DNA of 64,000 bases from Nitrospinaceae bacterium (GTDB taxonomy: Bacteria > Nitrospinota > Nitrospinia > Nitrospinales > Nitrospinaceae), in the NCBI GenBank assembly GCA_965237905.1, contig OZ250172.1:2848001-2912000 (forward strand), given 5' to 3'. The notes beneath the pieces are model-generated. The model was given only the letters and a program-made list of their open reading frames with translations. It did not search any database and had not been told where the DNA came from. The stretch's first letter is position 1. Every line of letters begins with the position of its first letter. The translations under genes were made by a program, and so were the position numbers. This document shows, piece by piece, positions 54,701 through 63,809 of the stretch.

Positions 54701-55444
54701 GTTTGCGCTTTTGATCGCTTCGCTATGATATTTCTTTTTGTTGAAGCTTAATGCGGCGGTCAGCTTTTTGATATAGGGCCCATACTTCCCTTTAAATTGT
54801 GAAAGTTCCCCTCTTAAGCGAATGGGTTCTGAAATATCCTGCCCCGAATTGATGGACCCATATATTTTGCCATTTTCATCCCGCAGCGGTGAACATTGCC
54901 AGTCGATCATTTTTTCGGTACCGTCTTTTGCGTTTACGGCGGCGGTAAAGCGGATAAAGTTTTGATTTTTGTCTTTAACGAATTGCTGGTATTGGTTTTT
55001 CAGTCCCTCGCGGCTTTTTTCCTCAATCAATAGCGAAATCCAATCCTCCCCTAACATTTCGTCTTCCTTGAAGCCTAAAAGGTAAGAAGCCTTTTTATTG
55101 ATTTGCATGATTTTGTTGGAATTATTGATAATCAGGATGATTGAGTTGTCTACTGAGAAAAAGACTTTAGAGAGGGCCTGCTCGCCGTGCAATGCGGTTT
55201 TCAACGATTTTATTTCATCCAAAATGTTCTTCATGCTTTTTAAAGGAAGAATCAAGGATAAACACACAATGGAGAGACACGACACGATAAGAGTCCACCG
55301 ATCCAGGGAGTTTTTGTGGACTTCAATTTCAAGGTAGTTGACGAATAGCAGTTCTTCCAGCCAGAACTCCCATAGGATTAAAAACCCGAGAGTGAGAAAT
55401 AATGTAAGGGCCACCAAGGATCCGGGATTATTTTTTGATTTCAT
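51740..55444 (-). CDS. Large TM-PAS-GAF-coiled coil-PAS histidine kinase-like protein lacking the phospho-His
   Basis: Two TM helices, PAS, GAF, long coiled coil, two PAS, VVDLVNNPI (H-box without His), DTGCGI, FDPFFTTK, PGLGL. Confidence 0.9.
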   Translation of the reverse strand: MKSKNNPGSLVALTLFLTLGFLILWEFWLEELLFVNYLEIEVHKNSLDRWTLIVSCLSIVCLSLILPLKSMKNILDEIKSLKTALHGEQALSKVFFSVDNSIILIINNSNKIMQINKKASYLLGFKEDEMLGEDWISLLIEEKSREGLKNQYQQFVKDKNQNFIRFTAAVNAKDGTEKMIDWQCSPLRDENGKIYGSINSGQDISEPIRLRGELSQFKGKYGPYIKKLTAALSFNKKKYHSEAIKSANARSRFKFWFELENTLMGLSPEQIKNPEDIKNRIQKALELFGELSNIEHGYIFKFTPSRSHMINTHLWVSGEPMLEPDREEEISLDNFPWFKKNIQKKEIIHVPKIDAMPKDASSEKEMYLSQGVKSLINVPIIHNDSAVGYIGFESNQKEKKWDNDEISIIKVMARLISSITNPPSSLEPQFGAEIAHSLEKITGIQPETDLPQPSLEKTSEKPKVSKVPAQETKPSIDKELVKVRESFEREFQQKIKSMERTQSQLTSELKEKSLELEKLLAKAGGGSKDKPDTKANQKKPLLGGQPGSPTPAQAKELEEMRNALQKKETELTTLRSQLKSRTGELTTAESEKFKTEISKKDDEIKSFRKSFEEEKSAKTQLQKNLNEVQESITKHKKDIEVLETANQVMLAELEELRKVQEEFFTHSIQLEDTQQELESLGIANEQLMSDIKEKSYLIEESKEKAVHYEQMDLPLFTLDQDGTILSWNQTAESLTGHISELALNQSISFIFAERDSFDFENEFLAPLKKNFKHRLEIPIRKSDGEVFKALISMASFKNRNGIVTTLGYLTNLSDVKNEDEIKSIKKQFATLLGNSGLILVTLSPDYLIFDMSEKAESTFQWNREDTLEKHFFETILPQENWQAVSSDIQKRMNTQDSADLETQTMLSDEIKHSFLWSLAKEIDPEDETVRGFLAVGQDITDLRNAQNKSRESEYLLNSIVDKAVLLEEKEKESQEQFEKTLNEKQYQFKDVLKQSEGQKMALREEKLNMVDHITSSVVDLVNNPIQGIENILKQVKKQAEMADIHKGLITVAVNECRRVADLISRLKGFQPPTKENLESLDVHQILDEVIQNNKDIAKDHTITLERNYAKGLPAVDGVTPQIRQAIDNIVKNAEESLSEDEGKIIISTEQEGSNVKIHIQDTGCGITEADMDRIFDPFFTTKSAIHRPGLGLLASLGIVKNHKGEIDVHSTPGEGTTFTVTLPLKQPLNQNGGS

Positions 55445-55985
55445 TTGCGTGACCCTTTTGAGGAAGGAGTGTTTTGACCGTAGTTTTGTTGCGGGATAAA
55501 ATACATCATATGCCTTTTACGTCAGAGGGCGGCTAAACGCCTGAGCATTTTTAAGTTGAATTGGCGGCCCATTTGCGGGGATATTTGTAGTCACCCCAAG
55601 GAGAGGATTTTTCCTCGAAAAGCCATTTTATTCGACAGACAAACAGGAGCGCCAATAGAGTTTAATTGTGTTTCGATGTAAAAAGTATAACCAGTAACAC
55701 CTTGAAAAGCAACCGATTAGGACCGGCTTTTGGATAGCGCAGGCTGGACCCGAATGCAATGTAAATGTATTGCGGTACAATTGACTTTCTGGCGGGCGGA
55801 GAAAGCGGAAGCATTTCGGTAGCCATGAAAATGCAAAGCTTGAGTGACAGCCCAGAAGTGTGGCTCGATTTCCAAATCCTGAAAATACAGGGTTAAAACC
55901 TTAGTTTTAATTGGCCTTGTATTTCGAAAAGACAGGCTTTAATCTAATTTTATAACTCATTGTAAATGTATTCCTAATCGCGGTC

Positions 55986-58925
55986 ATGTCCTTGTTTAAA
56001 AAACCAAAAGAAGAAACTTCCAGCAAAGGAGTCTCCAACGACGCAGGTGTTCGTGGAGCTTCGTTTTCTCCCCATAAATCAGTGACTCAAAGCGCAAGTG
56101 AACTGAGAAACAAAGGTGGTGGAAGAAGAGTATCAGACCGTCTCAAGCCTCTTTTAGCTAAAGTGGTTTCTGTCGTCTCCTCCGACAGTATCAATGAAGC
56201 TTTTTTCAATCTGACGGATGATATGAAAGAGTTCTTCGAATGCGAAGCACTTGTCATCTATTCTGTTAATCCGGATAAAACCCAACTGTTTTCCATAAAT
56301 TATATTTCCGATGACATTGTGGAAAAACGTATTAATATTTCCAAAACCAGTCTGCCAGGATATGTATTTGAAGTAGGAACTTCGCTCAATATTAGTGATG
56401 TCTATAGCAAAAAGGAATTAGCGCAATATCCCGGTTTGGCGCACGACTCCTTTTGGGATAAAAAAGTTGGAATTAAATCCTGTTCAGTTCTTGCGGTTCC
56501 TATTTTTCATAAATCCAAAACCATTGGTGTGCTTGAAATTATCAATAACTTGGATTCAGCTCCGTTTTCTGAGCAAGTGCTGAAGCTGGCTGAAAATCTG
56601 TCAGAATCCCTGGGCAGTGCCCTTGAGAAGCTGGCGCACGAAGAGGATAAAGAAAAGCTTCAAGCGATTGGATTGGCAATTCAGGAAGCCACTGTAATGG
56701 AGGATATCTTATTTGATACCACTAAGCCGATGCTTGACTTATTCGATGCTGATGTTGTGAATATTTTTGCGTTGGATAAAAAACGAAACGAAATTTATTC
56801 GAAAACGAAAACTCCCAAAGGGACTTTGGTGTGGAGAGTTCCTATTGGCCCCTCTAGTGTCGTTGGGTGGGTTGCGTTGGAAAGGAGAATGGTCAATATT
56901 GACGATGTGCATTCATCCGAATCGCTGGCCAAGTACCATCCGGATCTCGCGTATGATAAAACCTGGGATAAGGAGATGGGCATAGAAATAAAGTCAATGT
57001 TATGTTGCCCCATGATTCATGAGAATAAACTCATGGGTATCCTGCAAGTCATCAATACCCGGGTGGCCGAACCGTTCCATTCAAATCATGAAAAAAATAT
57101 CATTGCTGTCGCTCAGATGCTGGCAATTGCTTTTCACAACAATTCCAAATTTGCTCAGGCCAAACCCCATAGATTCAGTTATCTGATTAACCATGGGATC
57201 CTGTCTCCTAAAGAGCTGGAGTCTTGCATGCTCAAGGCCAGAAATGCAAAGGCAGACTTGGAGTCGGTGCTTTTAGAGGAGCAGGAGATCAAGCGCTCAG
57301 ACCTGGGTAAATCCCTGGAAAGTTATTATGGGGTTCCCTATTTCGGATATAGCGATTCGACGCTCCTTCCGAGAAGTTACTTCGATGGCCTGAATAAAAA
57401 TCACTTGATTAAAAACCACTGGGTTCCCATTCATAACGATGATGGCCTGGTCATTGTTTTGCTCGACGATCCCTCCGATATGGATAAGGTTCGAAGCATC
57501 AAGATGACATTCCCTAAAAGGGAAATCCAGTTTAAGGTTGGCTTGAGAGCCGATATCTCCGATTATCTGCTTGGAACGCCTGCGGAAGATGACCTTGGGA
57601 GAGGCGAGCACCCTAAAGAAACGGAAAACGTATCCGCGCTCCTGGAATCTTTGATCAGTGAAACCGAAGCGGTCGGCGCTGAAAGGGCTGAAGAAGAGGA
57701 AGAAGAAGAAAACGCTCTTTCAGAGACGGACAGCTCTATCGTACGCCTAGTCAACAAAATTATTGTTGATGCCTATGTCAGGGGGATTTCTGATATCCAT
57801 GTCGAACCCGGGATAGGTAAAGAGGACATGTTGGTCCGGTATCGCAAAGAAGGTGAATGCGAGATCGCTCAGAAAATTCCCAATGTGTATAAAAAGGCTT
57901 TCATTTCGCGCATCAAGGTTATGGCAAAACTGGATATTGCAGAAAGGCGCATGCCGCAGGACGGTAAGATCAAAATGAAATACGGTAAAAGAATAATCGA
58001 GCTTCGTATCGCCACCTGCCCCACAGTCGGTGGGAACGAGGATGTGGTCATGCGAATTCTGCCAGCCGGTCAAGCGCTGCCTCTCGAAAAAATGGGTTTT
58101 TCCAAACGAAACGAAAAATTGGTGAAAGCCAGTGTACGTAGGCCGCATGGACTCATCCTGGTTGTGGGCCCGACCGGATCCGGAAAAACGACCACTCTTC
58201 ACTCCGCACTGGGTTATATCAATACTCCCAAAAAGAAAATATGGACGGTCGAAGATCCCGTGGAGATTACCCAGAGGGGACTCCGGCAGGTGCAAATGCA
58301 CAGTAAAATTGGTTTGAATTTTGCTCGTGCCTTGCGCTCGTTTTTGAGAGGCGACCCCGATGTCATCATGGTGGGGAAAATACGTGATGTCGAGACCTGT
58401 TCCATTTGTTTAGAAGCTTCCCTGACCGGGCACCTGATTTTCAGTACCCTGCATACCAATTCGGCTCCTGAAACGGTCATACGGCTGATCGACATGGGAA
58501 TGAGCCCCATCAATTTTGCCGATGCCCTGATCCTGATCGCCGCCCAACGTTTGGTAAAAACTCTGTGTAGACATTGCAAGATAAACTATCATCCTTCACG
58601 GGAGGAATTCGACCTGTTAGTACAGGAATATGGCCCAGCGCAATTTCCGAACCTTGGTGTGGAATACACCGATGACTTCATGTTGAAACGTCCGGTGGGG
58701 TGTCCCAAATGTGATCAAAGTGGTTATTCGGGACGTATGGGTTTGCATGAATTACTCGAAGGGACTCCGGCGATCAGGCGGTTGATCATACAGAGGGCCT
58801 CAATGGAGGAAATTCAGGAACAAGCCATTCAAGACGGCATGAGGACTTTGAAACAGGATGGCATCCAAAAGATCCTTGAAGGAGAATGTGATTATAAACA
58901 GGTTTCAGCAGTGTGCATGGTGTAA
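55986..58925 (+). CDS. GAF-GAF-PilB/GspE family ATPase
   Basis: Two GAF domains; SDIHVEP, LDIAERRMPQDG, GPTGSGKT, EDPVE, TGHLIFSTLHTN, CRHC/CPKC. Confidence 0.95.
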   Translation: MSLFKKPKEETSSKGVSNDAGVRGASFSPHKSVTQSASELRNKGGGRRVSDRLKPLLAKVVSVVSSDSINEAFFNLTDDMKEFFECEALVIYSVNPDKTQLFSINYISDDIVEKRINISKTSLPGYVFEVGTSLNISDVYSKKELAQYPGLAHDSFWDKKVGIKSCSVLAVPIFHKSKTIGVLEIINNLDSAPFSEQVLKLAENLSESLGSALEKLAHEEDKEKLQAIGLAIQEATVMEDILFDTTKPMLDLFDADVVNIFALDKKRNEIYSKTKTPKGTLVWRVPIGPSSVVGWVALERRMVNIDDVHSSESLAKYHPDLAYDKTWDKEMGIEIKSMLCCPMIHENKLMGILQVINTRVAEPFHSNHEKNIIAVAQMLAIAFHNNSKFAQAKPHRFSYLINHGILSPKELESCMLKARNAKADLESVLLEEQEIKRSDLGKSLESYYGVPYFGYSDSTLLPRSYFDGLNKNHLIKNHWVPIHNDDGLVIVLLDDPSDMDKVRSIKMTFPKREIQFKVGLRADISDYLLGTPAEDDLGRGEHPKETENVSALLESLISETEAVGAERAEEEEEEENALSETDSSIVRLVNKIIVDAYVRGISDIHVEPGIGKEDMLVRYRKEGECEIAQKIPNVYKKAFISRIKVMAKLDIAERRMPQDGKIKMKYGKRIIELRIATCPTVGGNEDVVMRILPAGQALPLEKMGFSKRNEKLVKASVRRPHGLILVVGPTGSGKTTTLHSALGYINTPKKKIWTVEDPVEITQRGLRQVQMHSKIGLNFARALRSFLRGDPDVIMVGKIRDVETCSICLEASLTGHLIFSTLHTNSAPETVIRLIDMGMSPINFADALILIAAQRLVKTLCRHCKINYHPSREEFDLLVQEYGPAQFPNLGVEYTDDFMLKRPVGCPKCDQSGYSGRMGLHELLEGTPAIRRLIIQRASMEEIQEQAIQDGMRTLKQDGIQKILEGECDYKQVSAVCMV

Positions 58926-58937
58926 GTTTCTGGCAGA

Positions 58938-60041
58938 TTGTCTTTAAGGCCAGCTTATCTTTTTCATCTCGAATACCGATTAAAAATCAAATTGAATCAG
59001 GCCAAAGAAAAGACAAAGTACAAGATTCTGGTGGTCGATGATGAAAAAAAAGTTCTAATCGTCGCCCGCAAGATTTTGCGATCCGCAGGATATGATGTGG
59101 AAGTTTGCCTCAGCCCCGAAGAAGCGGCCGAAATTGTGGCCAACCGGGGGCCCGTGGCGGTTTTGTTTACAGATGACCGAATGCCAGGCATGCGCGGTAC
59201 CGAATTGTTGGAACATGTGAAGCGGGTTTCCCCATTGACTGTCAGGGTTTTGACCACTGCTTATTACGATCAACAGCTTATTGAGGATATCGTCAACAAG
59301 GGAGAAGCGTTCCGCTTTGTCAAAAAGCCGTTAGACTTCAATAAAGTTCTCAAGATTATTCGAGAATGTGTGGAGCAATATGAGGTCAATCGGAAGTCCC
59401 AGGGACTGCAGGATTCCATTAAAAATCTCACCCAGGATAACCAGGTACTGAAGGGGGAGATGGAGGGTCTGTCCCAAAAAATCAGCAAACTGAAGAAAAA
59501 GATCACGGTGGTTGCTGCCCTGGCCATCCTGATTATTGGCGTTGCGGCGGCTTTTAATTTTTACGGGGAATTCCAACGCCAAGAGATTCTCAAAGAAACC
59601 AGTGTTACTTTGGGGGATTGGATTGTCTACGATAATGATACCGCTTTGGATTCGGTAAACCGTCTGATGTGGATGACTCAGGATTTTCGGATCATTGAGA
59701 GAAGATATCCCGCTTCCTGGGAGGAAGCCCGGGATTGGATTCAATTAATGAATGCCAAACGGTTTGGTGGATATCGTGACTGGAGAGTGCCCACCATCGA
59801 CGAGTACAAGCTGACCTTTGATCCCGGTCGGACACGGTTGGCCTTCGATCAAAATAAGGATTATCCCGTCGGTTACCCAAAAGCGTTTCAGGAGGGGGGA
59901 GGCTATGGGTTCTGGGCCATTGATGAAGTAGGGGGGGATTCCGCAAAATATTTCTTTTTTGCTGGTGGGTACGATAAGACGGCACCCAAGGATTATAACA
60001 GTCCGACCATGAGTGTCCGTCTGGTTCGAACCGTCAAGTAG
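58938..60041 (+). CDS. REC-coiled coil-TM-DUF1566(Lcl-like) fusion protein
   Basis: VVDDE...DDRMPGMRG...KKP; TM helix; D...LMW...WEEA...GGYRDWRVPTIDE...VRLVR; start uncertain. Confidence 0.82.
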   Translation: MSLRPAYLFHLEYRLKIKLNQAKEKTKYKILVVDDEKKVLIVARKILRSAGYDVEVCLSPEEAAEIVANRGPVAVLFTDDRMPGMRGTELLEHVKRVSPLTVRVLTTAYYDQQLIEDIVNKGEAFRFVKKPLDFNKVLKIIRECVEQYEVNRKSQGLQDSIKNLTQDNQVLKGEMEGLSQKISKLKKKITVVAALAILIIGVAAAFNFYGEFQRQEILKETSVTLGDWIVYDNDTALDSVNRLMWMTQDFRIIERRYPASWEEARDWIQLMNAKRFGGYRDWRVPTIDEYKLTFDPGRTRLAFDQNKDYPVGYPKAFQEGGGYGFWAIDEVGGDSAKYFFFAGGYDKTAPKDYNSPTMSVRLVRTVK

Positions 60042-60819
60042 TCTTTTCTCTGGTTTTCAGGTGTGCTTTGATCAAGGACGCAAGATGGCCGCCTTCCACC
60101 ATTTCCTTAACTTTGCAAGTCGCTTCCGGTGTGAAATCCTTTTTTAGGAAAAGTTTTCCATTCCGCTCTAAAGGCAAAGGCGCCCAATTTCCCTTGAACC
60201 ACTGGTGAATGACTTGTACCGTCAAGTCCAGTCCCAGGATCAGCGATTTTCCCATCAGGCTTTGCTCTGTGTCCCCCTCTTCAATCTCAATGGTTTGCTG
60301 AGCCAATATTTCACCGGTGTCAATGCCGGCATTGATGCTCAAGAGAGTCGCCCCCAGGCAATCCAGCCGCCTATCATAAATCGGCCAGAAATTGCAGGAC
60401 GAGCCCCGGTACTGTCCTGATAGTCCGACGTGCAGGTTTATTATTTGGTTGGGGAAACGGTCCATAATATCCCGGCCGATCAAACTGGATCCAAACAGAA
60501 TGATCATATCCGGTTGCCGGGCTTGCAGGGTTTTTAGAGTATCCGTGGAGTTTAACTGGCCCGTGGCAATGGGGATGACCCGGGGCTGATTTTTTGGTGT
60601 CCATGATTCGGAGTCTGCGAAGGTATTTTTTTCATATTCCTCTCGCCGCCGGAAAAACCATTCCCAGGCTTCCCGGTGTTTGGGAGAATCAGCGGTGAAA
60701 TTTGGATAAGTCACCTCTTCAATGAACACGCATTCAATAGGGAATTCCCGGTTCAGCCGATTGACAAAATATCGGTGATTCAAGCCAGGTCCGGTGATGA
60801 GCGCGATTTTGGATTTCAT
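60034..60819 (-). CDS. Formyltransferase-family protein
   Basis: INLHVGLSGQYRGSS, GIDTGEILAQ. Confidence 0.85.
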   Translation of the reverse strand: MKSKIALITGPGLNHRYFVNRLNREFPIECVFIEEVTYPNFTADSPKHREAWEWFFRRREEYEKNTFADSESWTPKNQPRVIPIATGQLNSTDTLKTLQARQPDMIILFGSSLIGRDIMDRFPNQIINLHVGLSGQYRGSSCNFWPIYDRRLDCLGATLLSINAGIDTGEILAQQTIEIEEGDTEQSLMGKSLILGLDLTVQVIHQWFKGNWAPLPLERNGKLFLKKDFTPEATCKVKEMVEGGHLASLIKAHLKTREKTT

Positions 60820-60839
60820 AATGAAACCTTTGAGTCGTG

Positions 60840-61385
60840 TTATTCCAACGCACTGACAATAGTACGCGCGAATTCCGTGGCGGCTTCCGGTCCCGACGCG
60901 GTAATGACTTTCCCGTCTTGAACGACCGGGGAGTGGGCGCGTGTCAGGCCGGCTTCCTCTAACTCCGATAGAAACTTTTCGTCCTCCGGCCCTGCCGCTT
61001 CGTAGGATAAAAGAGAAGCCCGGGCCAGAACGGCTACGCCTGATCCAATGGCGCCGACCACCCGCTCCGCACGAAAATGATCCGTCAGGATTTGAGGAAG
61101 AATATCGTCATCCCACAGGGATTTCGGGGCGCCTTTGCCTCCCATGACAATGACAGCATCATATTTCCCGAAAACGCCTTGCTGTTTGTCCCAATCAACC
61201 AGCACACCGTCGGGCGTGAACCGGGTTTTATTCATTCCCACTGCCTCTTGACCTGATTTGGACAGAACAAGAATTCGCGGACCGGCGGCCTTCAACACCT
61301 CAAGCGTATCAAACAACTCCTGCTCCTGAAACTGGCTTTTAGGAATAACGATCAGAATGTTTTTTGATTTGAGGTCCACGATCAA
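60840..61385 (-). CDS. DJ-1/PfpI family protein
   Basis: FQEQE, YDAVIVMGGKG, GAIGSG, VVQDGKVITASGP. Confidence 0.88.
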   Translation of the reverse strand: MIVDLKSKNILIVIPKSQFQEQELFDTLEVLKAAGPRILVLSKSGQEAVGMNKTRFTPDGVLVDWDKQQGVFGKYDAVIVMGGKGAPKSLWDDDILPQILTDHFRAERVVGAIGSGVAVLARASLLSYEAAGPEDEKFLSELEEAGLTRAHSPVVQDGKVITASGPEAATEFARTIVSALE

Positions 61386-61400
61386 TGGTTGGGGAGGGTT

Positions 61401-61715
61401 TTATTGTTCGGAAGGATAATTCTGTTGCCAGGCTTCGTATCCGCCCATCATGCTGTGAACGTCTTTGAAACCTTTGGACATCAAGTATCCCGCGGCTCCC
61501 TGGCTGGAGATGCCGTGGTAGCAACACACTACCAGAGTTTTTTGTTTGTCCAGTTGGTCGATCATCTGCTCTACGTTTTGCTCGTTCAGGGAGAGGGCGG
61601 TCGGGATATGGCCCATCGCGAACGAAGCCGGGTCCCGAATATCGACAATCGTTGCCGACTCCTCGGTAAGAAATTCATTCACTTGGTGGATATCGATCTG
61701 GCTGATATTAGGCAT
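61401..61715 (-). CDS. glpE: Thiosulfate sulfurtransferase GlpE
   Basis: VDIRDPASF..GHI, CYHGISS active-site loop, GGYEAW. Confidence 0.92.
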   Translation of the reverse strand: MPNISQIDIHQVNEFLTEESATIVDIRDPASFAMGHIPTALSLNEQNVEQMIDQLDKQKTLVVCCYHGISSQGAAGYLMSKGFKDVHSMMGGYEAWQQNYPSEQ

Positions 61716-61952
61716 AGAAACGTCTCCGTGCTCCGGAATTCGGGTTTGTCCGCTGTTTTTTAGATGATCCGGGTCCGGAAAAGGTCCCGGAAAAGCAGAA
61801 TAAATTGAAGAAATGGCAAATTCAAAGCTCTATGGATATCAAATTTTGATATGATTGGAAACCTCAATCTGAATTTTTTATTTAAAACAAATCAAAAATA
61901 GCCGATGCGTTAAGGACGACCCGGTGACCATAGATCAAGGAGAAAGAGAGTA

Positions 61953-62471
61953 ATGGCAAACGAACAACATGTGGAGTTGATAAAAAAAGGTCCGGAAGCC
62001 TGGAACCAATGGCGCGAACAAAATCCGGATGAAGCGATCGATCTTTCCGAAGCCGATCTCCGGGGGACGGCGCTCAACAAGGCCAACCTCAAAGGAGCCA
62101 ATCTCAAACAGGCCAAGCTTCAGTTTTCCAATCTGGCCGGGGCTTCGTTGGAAGGCGCCAACCTGGAACAGGCACGATTGCAGGAGGTGAACCTGCAAGG
62201 CGCGCAACTGGAAAGCGCCAACCTTAAAAAATGTAATCTCATGGAGTCCAACCTGCAAAGCACCAACCTGCAGAATGCGGATATCCAGTCGGCTCAGTTT
62301 AATGAGGACGTGATGTTCGGGCAAACCAATCTGAGAGGCGCCAATCTGCTGGACGCTTCGGGATTGAGTGTGATGCAGATTCAAACCTCCCTGGTCGATA
62401 AAGATACCAAGCTCCCCGAGTACCTCAGCGATGATATGGAGGACGAAGATTTCATCAATAGTATGATTTGA
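61953..62471 (+). CDS. Pentapeptide repeat protein
   Basis: WNQWR lead followed by tandem A[DN]Lxx repeats. Confidence 0.93.
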   Translation: MANEQHVELIKKGPEAWNQWREQNPDEAIDLSEADLRGTALNKANLKGANLKQAKLQFSNLAGASLEGANLEQARLQEVNLQGAQLESANLKKCNLMESNLQSTNLQNADIQSAQFNEDVMFGQTNLRGANLLDASGLSVMQIQTSLVDKDTKLPEYLSDDMEDEDFINSMI

Positions 62472-62629
62472 TCGGGTCCCGCCGTTTCTAATGCCGCCTT
62501 TCTGAATAATTTTCCCCGTCCAGGACGCCCGGTTTTGTAAAATTCCGGGTGAAATCCCAATTTAACCCTTTATACTTGAATGAACGGGGGCTTCCCCTTT
62601 TCAACGTAACGTTACAGGGAGACAGAATT

Positions 62630-63109
62630 ATGGGTTACATCCACAAAAGTTTACTGGAAGGCGAGAAAGTCATTTATATGACCCGGCGCCATAAAATTAT
62701 TTTCACGTATCCGGTGATCTGGTTGCTGGTATCGGCCATTCTTTTCGCGGTCAAGTGGGTATTTGTATTCAAGCCGGAAATAAATTTTGCCCTCTCGATT
62801 TTCAGCGGAATCTGTCTGGGGGTGGCCCTCATCCATGCCCTGGTGATATGGATCAATTATCTTTGTGCCGAGTTTGGGATCACCAACCAGCGCGTGATCG
62901 TCAAGGAAGGTTTCCTGAAACGGAAAACCATTGAAGTCTTTTTGAAAAGTGTGGAAAGCGTACAGGTGGACCAAAGCATTTGGGGCCGCATGTTAAATTT
63001 TGGCACCGTCATCGTCTCTGGCACCGGAGGCGTCACCGATCCCCTCAATATGATCCGCAAGCCGTTGGACTTTAAAAAACAAGTCCAGCAACGCCTCGCC
63101 GGAATTTGA
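62630..63109 (+). CDS. Membrane protein with bacterial PH (bPH_2) domain
   Basis: LLEGEKVIY, two TM helices, ITNQRVI..GFL...VESVQVDQSIWGRMLNFGTV; start MGYI at 62630. Confidence 0.88.
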   Translation: MGYIHKSLLEGEKVIYMTRRHKIIFTYPVIWLLVSAILFAVKWVFVFKPEINFALSIFSGICLGVALIHALVIWINYLCAEFGITNQRVIVKEGFLKRKTIEVFLKSVESVQVDQSIWGRMLNFGTVIVSGTGGVTDPLNMIRKPLDFKKQVQQRLAGI

Positions 63110-63176
63110 CCCACCATTAGTAGGGGAAGGTCGGGAGAGGGCAACCTCGATCTAGAATACTATACGAGGTGCACTC

Positions 63177-63212
63177 AAAGAAAAAGGGCTCGACCAAATG
63201 GCCAAGCCCTTT
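63177..63212 (-). terminator. Intrinsic terminator downstream of csp
   Basis: AAAGGGCT...AGCCCTTT stem with adjacent A-rich run. Confidence 0.65.
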
Positions 63213-63273
63213 GACTTAAATAGGGTACTGAGGAGACTCCGGCGGAGTCAACGTTCTGCCGGATGATGGGTTC

Positions 63274-63471
63274 TTATTTGGGTACCACCTTGGTGGCTTG
63301 CGGACCTTTCTGGCCCATACCTTCCTCGAACTCGACCGTTTGGCCCTCTGTGAGAGTCTTAAAACCGTCCCCTTGAATTTCTGAGAAATGAACAAAGAGA
63401 TCTTTGCCGTCGGATTCAATGAATCCATAACCCTTGCTTTCGTTAAACCATTTTACTGTTCCTACTGCCAT
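63274..63471 (-). CDS. Cold-shock protein (CspA family)
   Basis: [15 protein letters not shown] (RNP1), LFVHFSEI (RNP2), GQKGPQA; start MAVG at 63471 with AGGAG RBS. Confidence 0.96.
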   Translation of the reverse strand: MAVGTVKWFNESKGYGFIESDGKDLFVHFSEIQGDGFKTLTEGQTVEFEEGMGQKGPQATKVVPK

Positions 63472-63809
63472 AATAAATACTCTCCTGCATTGAGCGGGGA
63501 AGACACTTCCAGAAAACCCGGATAATGTCTTCCTGTTTTTAAATTGGGTTTGATCGATGCAAGAATTTTTAGAGAACCACTTCAAGAAAAAGCCCAGCTT
63601 CTTTTGGTCTGGCCGAGAAACTACTAGAAGGAATTACCTCACACTGCAACTGAACAACCCTTGTTTACTCGATCAAAATAACATAAATATCAGAAATATC
63701 TTAATTTAAAAAGAACCGCCGTCGCAATTATTCTTTGATGGGTTTTCTCAGCAAATGCCCTACGAGGCGCTACACAAACGAACAATGGGCTACTAGGAAA
63801 ACCCATAAC

